From the IMG/VR virus record IMGVR_UViG_3300033145_000274, positions 1 through 64,000 of that record: a stretch of 64,000 nucleotides of DNA; one strand, given 5' to 3'. The notes below the pieces were generated by a model. The model saw only the letters and a program-made list of their open reading frames with translations, did not search any database and was not told the origin of the DNA. This DNA comes from a virus. Each line of letters begins with the position of its first letter. The stretch's first letter is position 1. Made by a program: the position numbers and the translations under genes. Below, piece after piece: positions 39,902-48,199 of the stretch.

Positions 39902-40402
39902 ATGTCAAGCAAAAAAGTGCAGAAAGTCACCCACAGCGAACTGGCCACCCTCTTGGGGAGTCTCAAGGGTGCTACGATTCTCAGCCTCACCTGGACGGGG
40001 GGTGACCCCGCCCGCTACAAGAGGGACCACGGACGGATTACCAAGGTATCCCGCTACAGCGGAATGGTCAATGCCCGCTACGACCGGAAAAAAGCCAAGG
40101 AATTCGGCATCCCCCTCGACCAGGTGGAGACCAAGCCGGTCACCTGGAGGGAGAGGGAGGGCAAGACCCCCATTCTGAGGCATACCATGTATGGCACCCG
40201 CTATGTCGAGTTCTACCCCGCCAGCGGGGGCACAGCGTTCACCCTAGACGGCACCCCCTGCGAGCGGGGCGACGTGAGGGAGTTGCTCAAGCCCCCCAGC
40301 AAGGGTGGACCGGCGGTTGTCTACCGTACCCCCAAGCTGACTAGCATCAGCGGTGCGGTAATCGGTGGTACCACCTATCAGGTGGTTGCTGACCCCACCT
40401 AG
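39902..40402 (+). CDS. Early hypothetical protein (166 aa)
   Basis: Start MSSKKVQ with AAGGAG SD. Confidence 0.75.
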   Translation: MSSKKVQKVTHSELATLLGSLKGATILSLTWTGGDPARYKRDHGRITKVSRYSGMVNARYDRKKAKEFGIPLDQVETKPVTWREREGKTPILRHTMYGTRYVEFYPASGGTAFTLDGTPCERGDVRELLKPPSKGGPAVVYRTPKLTSISGAVIGGTTYQVVADPT

Positions 40403-40503
40403 CACGGGGCCAGCGGGTGTCCCCCACAACGGGGGACGCTCGTCCTGCCCCACTACGGTGGGGTAAGACCAGCGTTAACCACCCCCTGACTGAGGAGAAG
40501 AAA

Positions 40504-40890
40504 ATGCCCAGAATGAGTGAAGATGCCCTGCTCGATGCGGCCCTGGCCTCCCCCGATATGGCCCCCTTTGCCATGTTCGACCTAGACCTGGGGGGTATGA
40601 CCGACCCCCAAACGGGTGACCTGGTGTTCCCCGAATTCAACGGCCAATACACCCCCCTCTGGAGAATTACCCAGAATGGGGAAGAGACACAACGCCAACG
40701 GGAGCACGCCAAACAGGTGGCACGTACCCAGACCAGAGCGTTACACCTGGAGAGGGTCAAGGCCCTGGCCAAACGTATCGACGACGGACTCCCCCTATTC
40801 GAGGAAAATGCCCCCCTCGATGAGTGGCACCGCTTCTGGGGTGGTCTTACTCCTACTGAGAAGCTAGCCCAACTCGACATTGAAGACTAG
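40504..40890 (+). CDS. Early hypothetical protein (128 aa)
   Basis: Start MPRMSED with GAGGAG SD. Confidence 0.75.
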   Translation: MPRMSEDALLDAALASPDMAPFAMFDLDLGGMTDPQTGDLVFPEFNGQYTPLWRITQNGEETQRQREHAKQVARTQTRALHLERVKALAKRIDDGLPLFEENAPLDEWHRFWGGLTPTEKLAQLDIED

Positions 40891-40966
40891 GGGCGGCGAC
40901 CTGCTCCCCCGCAAGGGGGAGTTAGTCAGCGTTCCTTTCACACCCCCTATTTTGAGGAGAAAAGCG

Positions 40967-41362
40967 ATGAAAGCAGAATCCCGGACGTATACCGAAAACG
41001 GGGTACTGGTACACGAGCAAATGGTCCCCCACATGTGGGTGGTCATCAGTACGTACAACCCGTGTCCCACCACCACCCCATGGGACTACTACGGTATGAA
41101 AAACGTACGCGAGATTCAAACGGTACTCCGTAAGGTGGGTATCCACCCCGTCAGTTTGACTACCACTCGTACGCTACTCTACCCCGTTGGTTCTGGGCAG
41201 GGCGGGGCCGTCCGGTTTGGGGATAACATGACCCCCGGTACCTATCGGGTGGCAGTTAAGAAGCACCAAGAGAGGAGGGCACGGTCAGCCCTGGCAGCCC
41301 ACCACGAAGAGGTACTCAACTGGTTGGATGGCACGGCCCCCATGCCCGAGGCATGTCAGTAG
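40967..41362 (+). CDS. Early hypothetical protein (131 aa)
   Basis: Start MKAESR with GAGGAG SD; terminator-like hairpin at 41385-41409. Confidence 0.7.
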   Translation: MKAESRTYTENGVLVHEQMVPHMWVVISTYNPCPTTTPWDYYGMKNVREIQTVLRKVGIHPVSLTTTRTLLYPVGSGQGGAVRFGDNMTPGTYRVAVKKHQERRARSALAAHHEEVLNWLDGTAPMPEACQ

Positions 41363-41523
41363 GGTACGACCTACCCCCTAGTCTAGCCCCCACCACGGGG
41401 GCTTTCTTTATGTACCACCCCATCCAGGCTGCTGTGGCCCCCCATGAGCGGTAGTCAGCGAGATTGTCTGTCAGTACCTCATAAGCAAGGAAGCATTATC
41501 TTGGAATTATTTGATTTGTGGGG

Positions 41524-41551
41524 TTGCTTTCGACGATATACATGGTATAAT
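41524..41551 (+). promoter_or_regulatory. sigma70-like promoter TTGCTT-16-TATAAT, extended -10
   Basis: Hexamers read directly; TG at extended position. Confidence 0.7.
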
Positions 41552-41574
41552 CCAGTAGTTGAAAGGATACGACC

Positions 41575-41736
41575 ATGCCTGATGGATACAAGCGAAAAAG
41601 AAGGAACCGAGGGGATATGCGGTCACGATTCTACGCCGCATATCGGTCTGCTCGATTTGCTGCCCGTTTTGGTATGGTACGTATTGACGTAGTCCGAATC
41701 TGTGTTACAATCAGGGAGAAAAAAGATGAGCATTAA
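41575..41736 (+). CDS. Small Arg-rich protein (53 aa; below ORF-track cutoff)
   Basis: AAAGGA SD behind promoter; MPDGYKRKRRNRGDMRSRFY.. Confidence 0.55.
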   Translation: MPDGYKRKRRNRGDMRSRFYAAYRSARFAARFGMVRIDVVRICVTIREKKDEH

Positions 41737-42016
41737 GTTTCGCGTAGACAATACCGGTCTGGACGTGGATATTCACGTCAATAACGCCGATGAGGGGTTC
41801 TACACCAAGAGTATGTGCTGTGGGGGTATCGAACACCCCCCATTCGTCTCCGTCACATGGGGCCAGTGGAACCACGACATTACCCCCCCCACCAGTCGGA
41901 TGGTTACCATGTACCTCGATAGGGTGGATGTCCTTGAGCTACAAGAGGCCCTTGCCCAGCGATTGGGGGAGTTGGACAAGGCCCAAAAGGAGTACGACGA
42001 GGCCCAAGACACCTAG
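41726..42016 (+). CDS. Early hypothetical protein (96 aa)
   Basis: GGGAG SD; promoter TTGACG-16-TACAAT at 41684-41711. Confidence 0.75.
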   Translation: MSIKFRVDNTGLDVDIHVNNADEGFYTKSMCCGGIEHPPFVSVTWGQWNHDITPPTSRMVTMYLDRVDVLELQEALAQRLGELDKAQKEYDEAQDT

Positions 42017-42032
42017 TCAGCCCCCTCCCTGA

Positions 42033-42068
42033 GCCCTGCTGGCGTTCCCCCGCCAGTGGGGCTTTTTT
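42033..42068 (+). terminator. Intrinsic terminator abutting cassette 1
   Basis: GCCCTGCTGGCG/CGCCAGTGGGGC stem plus T6. Confidence 0.8.
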
Positions 42069-42197
42069 CGTAAGTGCTTACGTCACAACGACTTACGTCA
42101 AAAGGGCGGCCCCCACATCGACGTAACCCCTTACACAGCAACGACTTACGAAAACCTCAAGTTTATGGGTTGACTTACCGATAACATATGATAGAAT
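42069..42197 (+). repeat. Regulatory cassette 1: two 29-bp palindromes plus promoter
   Basis: Sites 42069-42097 and 42122-42150; TTGACT 42170, TAGAAT 42192. Confidence 0.9.
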
Positions 42198-42206
42198 GAG
42201 GACACT

Positions 42207-42368
42207 ATGAACATTATCCGATTCCTGACCCACGTCGCCTATGTTGGCGATAAGCACCGCCCCGAGGGGGTCAGCGTCCCCCGCTGGCAAGCCATGGTGA
42301 AGTGGCTGGCCCTCCGCGATAGCGAGGGTCACAGCCGAACCAGCTTGGCGGCGGTCCATGAGCGATAG
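42207..42368 (+). CDS. Small protein (53 aa)
   Basis: GAGGA SD behind cassette 1 promoter; ends in TAG of a TAGTCAGCG motif. Confidence 0.55.
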   Translation: MNIIRFLTHVAYVGDKHRPEGVSVPRWQAMVKWLALRDSEGHSRTSLAAVHER

Positions 42369-42443
42369 TCAGCGAATTGGGCTTGCCATTGCCGAAAAGT
42401 ATGATATAATACAACAGTCACCACAACCACTGGAGGGCCAAAC

Positions 42444-42764
42444 ATGCCCCGTCTTACTCAAGCTCAAATGTCAAACCTCATGGTCATATACGACAATGAA
42501 ACCGACCCTGTGTGTCGCAACCACCTGGGCAGCATCATCCGCCGACAGGTGAAACTGTTCACGGACCGCCCCGCCACCACCGCCACGCCCCGGCCCTACG
42601 GCCCCAACGACTTCAGCCGTATGACCAACGAGGAAATCCACGCCGCCATGGGAACCGGCAAAATCCATGCCATTAAACTGGTAAGGGACCGCACACACCT
42701 GGGTTTGCTTGACGCCAAGCGGATGGTCGAACGCTTGGTTCCTGAGTGTGTCCAAACTTTCTGA
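42444..42764 (+). CDS. Ribosomal protein bL12 (L7/L12) C-terminal-domain-like protein (106 aa)
   Basis: GKIHAIKLVRDRTHLGLLDAKRMVE matches KI.VIK.VR..TGLGLKEAK..VE; GGAGG SD; promoter at 42383-42410. Confidence 0.75.
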   Translation: MPRLTQAQMSNLMVIYDNETDPVCRNHLGSIIRRQVKLFTDRPATTATPRPYGPNDFSRMTNEEIHAAMGTGKIHAIKLVRDRTHLGLLDAKRMVERLVPECVQTF

Positions 42765-42847
42765 AAACTTCTCAAGCTTTGGGGTTGACCCAACCGATAA
42801 AACATGATATAATAGGGGCATACAACACACGAACAAGGGAGAAAATC

Positions 42848-43024
42848 ATGTGCGGTATTTGCGGCGGCGAAGTACATGTCAATGGTGACGGCGACCTCCT
42901 GTGTATGGGGTCATGCGGAAGCGTCTTGACCCGTGAGGAAATCGACGCAGACGAACCGTCCCACCCCCAAGTGGAAGAATGGGACAGTGAATGGGAGGAA
43001 TATCAAGACTTTTACGAGGGGTGA
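42848..43024 (+). CDS. Zn-ribbon miniprotein with acidic tail (58 aa)
   Basis: CxxC..CxxxC; AAGGGAG SD; promoter 42785-42813. Confidence 0.7.
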   Translation: MCGICGGEVHVNGDGDLLCMGSCGSVLTREEIDADEPSHPQVEEWDSEWEEYQDFYEG

Positions 43025-43296
43025 GGAGTGCTACCCAAAGTCTGGGGATGCTCACCCCCACCTTATATCCCCAAGGGGATTGGGGGGTTCAGGCGTAGCA
43101 TATCGTAAAGCTCTGTTGCTCAATGCGAAAGGCCCTGCCCCTCCCTTGAAAATCCATGGCCCCAGTACGGGGGCCACTCATGTGGGGGAGTGTACATAAC
43201 CCATGTGAGGAAGTGGTTGTTCGCCTCGTTCTACCACAATAATCCTGAGAATGAGGTTGCTATCTTTTCGTTTCTCTCCCTTGAGCCCTGCAACGA

Positions 43297-43435
43297 CGTA
43301 AGTCGTTGTGGGGCTTTACTTTACGTCAACAAGGCGGCCCCCGGCTTGACGCAACCCCTTGCTATCAAAGGATTTACGACAATCTCATAAACTCTCAAGT
43401 TTCGGCCTTGACTTTCCGATACACTATGATATAAT
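43297..43435 (+). repeat. Regulatory cassette 2
   Basis: Sites 43297-43325 and 43350-43378; TTGACT 43408, TATAAT 43430. Confidence 0.9.
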
Positions 43436-43457
43436 AGTCGTAACAAAGGGAGAAACC

Positions 43458-44153
43458 ATGTACTTGCAAATCACTACTCGTTGCAATATGTCCTGTGCTC
43501 ACTGTTGTTTTTCATGCACAAAAGAGGGGGATGACATGCCCCTCTCAGTCTTCCGCAAGGCCATTGAATTCGACTGCTACATCACACTGGGGGGTGGCGA
43601 ACCCACCCTACACAGACACTTCAATACCATGCTGCTGGAATCGCTAGCAAGCAAAGACCATGGAGAGGGGGGCTTGACAGTCATCACAAATGGCAGCGTC
43701 ACCCGCACAGCCCTATTGTTGGCAGCGTTGGCCAAGTCTAATGTACTAGATGCCCAAATTAGCCGCGATGAATACCACGACCCTATCGACCCACGAGTGG
43801 TCAGGGCCTTTGAGAAAATCGGGGAAAAAACCCGCTCCGTCACCCACCTCCAACACCACCCCGGCATCCGCAACACCACCCAACAGGACGACCCCAAACC
43901 CTACGGTAGGGGCATTGAACTATTGGGACTAGAACCAGACGACCTGGAACATGATGGTTCCGATTGTATGTGTTCCGACCACATTGTCAAGCCAAATGGC
44001 AATATCATGCAATGTGGGTGCCCCGACGCCCCCATGATAGGTGATGTAGAAAATGGTATTGGTGATTCCTGCTCGGGTGGTGGGGAGTGTTGTCATAGTT
44101 CCGAGTTTCACAACTGGTGTATAGAAAACGACCACGAACACTGGCTAGTATAA
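43458..44153 (+). CDS. Radical SAM protein with Cys-rich SPASM/Twitch-like tail (231 aa)
   Basis: CNMSCAHC cluster motif, ITLGGGEPTLH, IKPNGNIMQC-like C-terminal motif; start refined by AAGGGAG SD. Confidence 0.85.
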   Translation: MYLQITTRCNMSCAHCCFSCTKEGDDMPLSVFRKAIEFDCYITLGGGEPTLHRHFNTMLLESLASKDHGEGGLTVITNGSVTRTALLLAALAKSNVLDAQISRDEYHDPIDPRVVRAFEKIGEKTRSVTHLQHHPGIRNTTQQDDPKPYGRGIELLGLEPDDLEHDGSDCMCSDHIVKPNGNIMQCGCPDAPMIGDVENGIGDSCSGGGECCHSSEFHNWCIENDHEHWLV

Positions 44154-44171
44154 CACCCGGCCCCGCATCGA

Positions 44172-44300
44172 CGTAAGTTGGTGCGGGGCCTTGACTTACG
44201 ACGATAAGGTGGCCCCCGGCTTGACGCAACCCCTGTCGTGGCAACGACTTACGATAATCTCAAGTTGGTGATTGACTTTGCCGATATAATATGGTAGAAT
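44172..44300 (+). repeat. Regulatory cassette 3
   Basis: Sites 44172-44200 and 44225-44253; TTGACT 44272, TAGAAT 44295. Confidence 0.9.
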
Positions 44301-44468
44301 GACACCATGAGCAAGGAAGCAACCTCTGTGTGGGTGTCTGTGTGTGATAACACGCCGTCCCACCCCAACCAGCTTGGTTGGCCGCGAATAAGTCGTAGTC
44401 AGCGACTTTGTGCAGTCTGGGGTTGACTTGTGGGCTACCGTGGTGTATAATTGCATGGAGGGCAGAAA

Positions 44469-44579
44469 ATGAAGTGTCTAGTGTGCGGTCATAACATGGT
44501 ACAGAAACGTAATACACAGACCGGTAAAGTCTACTGGGTATGTGAAGCGTGTCAAGCAAGTATCAAAATAAAGGACTAA
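44469..44579 (+). CDS. Zn-ribbon miniprotein (36 aa)
   Basis: MKCLVCGH..YWVCEAC; GGAGG SD; promoter 44423-44451. Confidence 0.65.
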   Translation: MKCLVCGHNMVQKRNTQTGKVYWVCEACQASIKIKD

Positions 44580-44583
44580 AAAC

Positions 44584-45024
44584 ATGTCGGGGTGTGCTGA
44601 TTATCTGAAAAACGCAATTGACGCCAACGCCCGTAAGGAATTGGCGGCTAAAATGTGCAAATCCCTACGCAAACACATGAAGCATGGTCTGGAATTCGAT
44701 GCTATCGCCGTACGTGGCGTATCGGGCATGTTGGTTGGTGTGACCGTTTCGGACAAACTGGACATCCCATTGGTGGTAGTCCGCAAGGAAACCTCCCCGC
44801 ATTCCAGCAACGCATGTGAGGGCATTCCACGGGTACATAGTAAGAAGTACATCATTGTAGACGATTGCATCGACAGTGGCAACACCATTCATAAAATAGT
44901 CGCCCTACTAGATGAAATCTATCCCGATTCCCAATGTGTGGGAATCTGCCTGTATGGTCAGAGTGATTATGACAGTGCGCCCGCCAAGGTACTATTCAAG
45001 AAATATGGCCGGTTGGCCGGTTGA
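44584..45024 (+). CDS. Type I phosphoribosyltransferase-like protein (146 aa)
   Basis: PRPP-binding motif YIIVDDCIDSGNT; AIAVRGVSG and VVRKE loops. Confidence 0.85.
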   Translation: MSGCADYLKNAIDANARKELAAKMCKSLRKHMKHGLEFDAIAVRGVSGMLVGVTVSDKLDIPLVVVRKETSPHSSNACEGIPRVHSKKYIIVDDCIDSGNTIHKIVALLDEIYPDSQCVGICLYGQSDYDSAPAKVLFKKYGRLAG

Positions 45025-45069
45025 CAATTCCCGCTCCGTATGCTATAATAGCATACATGGGAGAAAAAG

Positions 45070-45276
45070 ATGAAGCCAGACAAAGCAACCCGACACCGCG
45101 ACCAGTACAAACGTCAGTTGACAATGTTGGAGGTCTACATAACGGGACGCATCAAACAGCTTGACAATATCACCCGGCAACGACCGGCGGAAAGTACCGC
45201 CTGTGAAATGGCCCAGGGCGAATTAAATATGCTTCTGACCCAGGTTCTCCCTGAAATGAGAAAGGTACAATCGTGA
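45070..45276 (+). CDS. Hypothetical protein (68 aa)
   Basis: GGGAG SD; promoter TTGACA-17-TATAAT 45021-45049. Confidence 0.7.
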   Translation: MKPDKATRHRDQYKRQLTMLEVYITGRIKQLDNITRQRPAESTACEMAQGELNMLLTQVLPEMRKVQS

Positions 45277-45581
45277 ACATTCTTGAATCGTGTCGTATCA
45301 ACGACGTGTTGGGCATTATCTACGGCCAGAACAGCCATGAGCGTGTGTGTCGCGTATTGGAAGTCCGAGACCTCGCCCAGCAACCACTTGCCAGTAAAAC
45401 CCTGGCCCGTCGCCCATACCTCCAACGAGGTACTCGCCTTGTTACATGTCAAAGTGCCGATGGTCAAATTCGGTCATTCTACGCTGGCGTCGAACAAACA
45501 GCCCGGCCCATTCCGAAACTGCGAGCGGCATGGCTGCACCTGCGACGAAAGCTACCAGCCAGAAAGCGTGTGACAACGTGA
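45273..45581 (+). CDS. SH3/WYL-like small protein (102 aa)
   Basis: GTGA overlap; LGIIY..ERVCRVLEV..LVTC..DGQIRSFY pattern. Confidence 0.5.
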   Translation: MNILESCRINDVLGIIYGQNSHERVCRVLEVRDLAQQPLASKTLARRPYLQRGTRLVTCQSADGQIRSFYAGVEQTARPIPKLRAAWLHLRRKLPARKRVTT

Positions 45582-45844
45582 ACTACGAAGTGATGCATGG
45601 CCAACGTACGCATTATATCCAGGCGGGCAATTCCTATGCCGCGTGCCTGGATGTTTTGCGTATAGAAGCCGAAGAAAATGACGTACAACAAGCCCAGTTT
45701 CGCGTGATACACTTGCCACATGGCAAACTAGAATGTATCCCCATGGCTTCCGTGCTTAGATTGCGACTAATCGCCCTAAACCCTGACGGTGCAAGTGGTT
45801 GCGACGAACAGGGGGCACCCCCAATGGACTTAACCCATTGGTAA
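45578..45844 (+). CDS. Hypothetical protein (88 aa); 3' end encodes cassette 4 sites
   Basis: GTGA overlap with upstream stop. Confidence 0.6.
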   Translation: MNYEVMHGQRTHYIQAGNSYAACLDVLRIEAEENDVQQAQFRVIHLPHGKLECIPMASVLRLRLIALNPDGASGCDEQGAPPMDLTHW

Positions 45845-45904
45845 CAAACGACTTACGAAAACATTCAAGTTTGGGGTTGCATTGTCCGATATTTACAGTA
45901 TAAT
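45775..45904 (+). repeat. Regulatory cassette 4 (degenerate, overlaps coding sequence)
   Basis: Sites 45775-45803 and 45829-45857; TTGCAT 45877, TATAAT 45899. Confidence 0.7.
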
Positions 45905-45967
45905 GGGGGCACAAGCGACAACAACACCAATCGGAGCGGTTGCTGTAGAAATACGCAACCCAAAATC

Positions 45968-46150
45968 ATGTATCGTTGCGAAAAGTGTGGGGTGACTACG
46001 GAGCCTGGGCAAAAGGCTTTGTTGGTCATCACACAAACCAGACCACGGACCTACCTCAATGGTCGCGACCAAGTTGTTGGCCAGGGCCATGAGACCGTGA
46101 AAGAAATCAAAGTCTGCCCCAAGTGCTACCCGAAAGAGGAGGACGAATAG
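45968..46150 (+). CDS. Zn-ribbon protein (60 aa)
   Basis: MYRCEKCG..KVCPKC. Confidence 0.7.
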   Translation: MYRCEKCGVTTEPGQKALLVITQTRPRTYLNGRDQVVGQGHETVKEIKVCPKCYPKEEDE

Positions 46151-46347
46151 TGGAAAACGGAACCCTCACATTACGGCTAGCTAATGGCAAGGAACTCACC
46201 ACAAGGCGTGGGTTTGAATTGGCCTGCTTTCTGGCCAGTCAGGGCAGCAGCATCGTACCCCTTTCCTCCAAGCGAAGGGGTGGAAAGTCTAAGGGTGCTC
46301 GTGGACGTGGCCGCCAGATGGTCAAGCGTACTAGAGACGCACAGTAG
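46150..46347 (+). CDS. Small basic protein (65 aa)
   Basis: TAGTG coupling, GAGGAG SD. Confidence 0.6.
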   Translation: MENGTLTLRLANGKELTTRRGFELACFLASQGSSIVPLSSKRRGGKSKGARGRGRQMVKRTRDAQ

Positions 46348-46353
46348 AAACAT

Positions 46354-46424
46354 TGCGGGATAGTGTAACGGCAACACGCAGCCCTCATACGGCTACACTC
46401 TGGGTTCAACTCCCGGTCCCGCGA
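46354..46424 (+). tRNA. tRNA with CAT anticodon (elongator Met or Ile2); CCA not encoded
   Basis: Acceptor TGCGGGA/TCCCGCG, D-stem GTGT/ACAC, anticodon loop CTCATAC (CAT 46386-46388), T-arm CTGGG-TTCAACT-CCCGG. Confidence 0.85.
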
Positions 46425-46547
46425 CTTAGCCAAGCAAGGTTATGAGCCTCGCAACGTGTTAGGAAGTTCCAACCTGTCGGCCCGAGAGGACAAGATACCG
46501 AGTGGAAGACACCGAGGCCCTAACGGCGCGACAAAGCCCCGTAATGA

Positions 46548-46686
46548 CGTAAGTTGTTGCGGGGCCTTTGTTTATGACAAATAGGTGGCCCCCGGCGTAG
46601 CGTAACTCCTGTCCTACCAACGATTTACAATAATTACAAAAACTTTCAAGCTTCGCTGTTGCATTACCGATAATCTATGATATAAT
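46548..46686 (+). repeat. Regulatory cassette 5
   Basis: Sites 46548-46576 and 46601-46629; TTGCAT 46659, TATAAT 46681. Confidence 0.85.
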
Positions 46687-46723
46687 AAGTGCATACAACA
46701 AACCACAACCATGGGAGCAAACG

Positions 46724-46885
46724 ATGATGTTGATTAAGCTTGGTTCCACGATTGAGTTGTCTGGACACCCCGTCCAGGTTATTCGGATTGCCAACGACGG
46801 CGTGACCGTCCGGCGTAAAGGCGGCCACTGTCTGAAAATCGACTTGAAACAGGCAGCCCGTGCCGTGACACCCAAACCGGCCTGA
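46724..46885 (+). CDS. Small beta-barrel-like protein (53 aa)
   Basis: GGGAG SD behind cassette 5 promoter; MMLIKLGSTIELSGHPVQVIRIA.. Confidence 0.6.
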   Translation: MMLIKLGSTIELSGHPVQVIRIANDGVTVRRKGGHCLKIDLKQAARAVTPKPA

Positions 46886-46913
46886 TTGGCCGTCTGTGGT
46901 GAGTAGTCAGTGA

Positions 46914-47081
46914 ACCCGTAGGCCGGTCAGCATCGGAGGTAACAGAGCACGAACAATACCGTATGGGGTCAAGTACACGCCCCCTGCAACGGAAAGTACG
47001 CCGTTGGGGATACTGTACGGACGTTCGAGCTTGGAATTACTATTCCCACCGCACAAGCGGGTGCGACTCCCGCTACGGGTA
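46914..47081 (+). ncRNA. tRNA-like structured RNA with extended central arm
   Basis: Perfect 7-bp stem ACCCGTA/TACGGGT stacked on T-arm GCGGG-TGCGACT-CCCGC; nested internal helices; no credible ORF. Confidence 0.55.
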
Positions 47082-47241
47082 GCTTATAGTGTAGGCCCAC
47101 ACGGGCCGAATAACGAGGCGTCCAAATCTCCACGCCTACAACCCCGCTACAGCGGGGAGAGACTGTAAGGGAGTAGGACCGGAGCAAAACGCAAAGCGAG
47201 TATCGGTAACCGATTGCCACCTACCCCTTGGCCCCACGCGA

Positions 47242-47380
47242 CGTAAGTCGTGGTGGGGCCTTAACTTACGACGATAAGGAGGCCCCCGCATCGCCGTAAA
47301 CCCTGACACAGCAAGGACTTACGACAATCCGAGAAACTTTCAAGTTCCAGTGTTGACTTTCCGATACAATATGATAGAAT
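47242..47380 (+). repeat. Regulatory cassette 6
   Basis: Sites 47242-47270 and 47295-47323; TTGACT 47353, TAGAAT 47375. Confidence 0.9.
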
Positions 47381-47416
47381 ACATGCTTCCAACACAACAC
47401 ACACATGGAGCGACAC

Positions 47417-48199
47417 ATGTTAAAATTCTCCCAGGCGAACGCCAAAACAGATGCCCTATACGGGGTTCTCCAATTGAGACAATTTCTATTCGACAACCGC
47501 AAGGTCTACAGTATAGACTTGCCAGCGGGCTACACCTGCCCTGGAGCTAAAATCTGTATGTCACGGGCAGTACCCCGCCAAGACGACCCCTCACGATTCA
47601 CTATCAGAGACGGCCCCCATTGTGAATTCCGATGCTTTTCCGCCTCTCAAGAGGTAATCTACCCCCCCACTCGCCGACTACGTAAACGCAACCTGGATGC
47701 CCTGCGAAGCATAGGCAAATCGGGGGGTGGAGTCAACCGCTATCGTGACCTAATCCTGAAGAGTCTACCCACCAACGCGGGGGTCATTCGGTACCACGTT
47801 GGGGGTGACTTCTACTGTATCTCCTACCTGCGGGGGGCTATTGCAGCCGCCAAGCAACGTCCCGATGTGCTGTTCTACGCCTATACTAAGAGCCTACACT
47901 TTCTGAAGGGTATAGTACTCCCCGACAACTTCCGGCTCACCCTTAGTCGAGGGGGCAAGTATGACCACCACACAGAGTGGTTGGATATCCGCCAAGCGGT
48001 GGTAGTCTATTCGGAGGAAGAGGCTGCCCAAATGGGACTGCCTGTCGATAAGGACGATTCTCACGCCGCATCCCCCAATAAAGGTAATAGCAAAGGGGGG
48101 TCGTTTGCCCTCCTGGTCCACGGCGTTCAGCCCGCTAATACCGTCGCCGCCGCCGCCTTGTCCGCCCTGCGGGGAAAGGGTAGCTATGCCCGCAAATAG
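47417..48199 (+). CDS. Gp88-like Cys-containing phage protein (260 aa)
   Basis: SIDLPAGYTCPGAKIC..CEFRCFSA..IRYHVGGDFY..YAYTKS motifs; GGAG SD. Confidence 0.75.
   Translation: MLKFSQANAKTDALYGVLQLRQFLFDNRKVYSIDLPAGYTCPGAKICMSRAVPRQDDPSRFTIRDGPHCEFRCFSASQEVIYPPTRRLRKRNLDALRSIGKSGGGVNRYRDLILKSLPTNAGVIRYHVGGDFYCISYLRGAIAAAKQRPDVLFYAYTKSLHFLKGIVLPDNFRLTLSRGGKYDHHTEWLDIRQAVVVYSEEEAAQMGLPVDKDDSHAASPNKGNSKGGSFALLVHGVQPANTVAAAALSALRGKGSYARK

Noticed and set aside
43025-43285. ORF-poor gap with several small hairpins as ncRNA
   Set aside because: Local stems are plausible by chance in this G/C-run-rich sequence; no coherent global fold seen
46914-47081. tmRNA call
   Set aside because: No G3-U70, no GGGG start or CCA end, too short, no evident tag ORF; kept only as tRNA-like RNA
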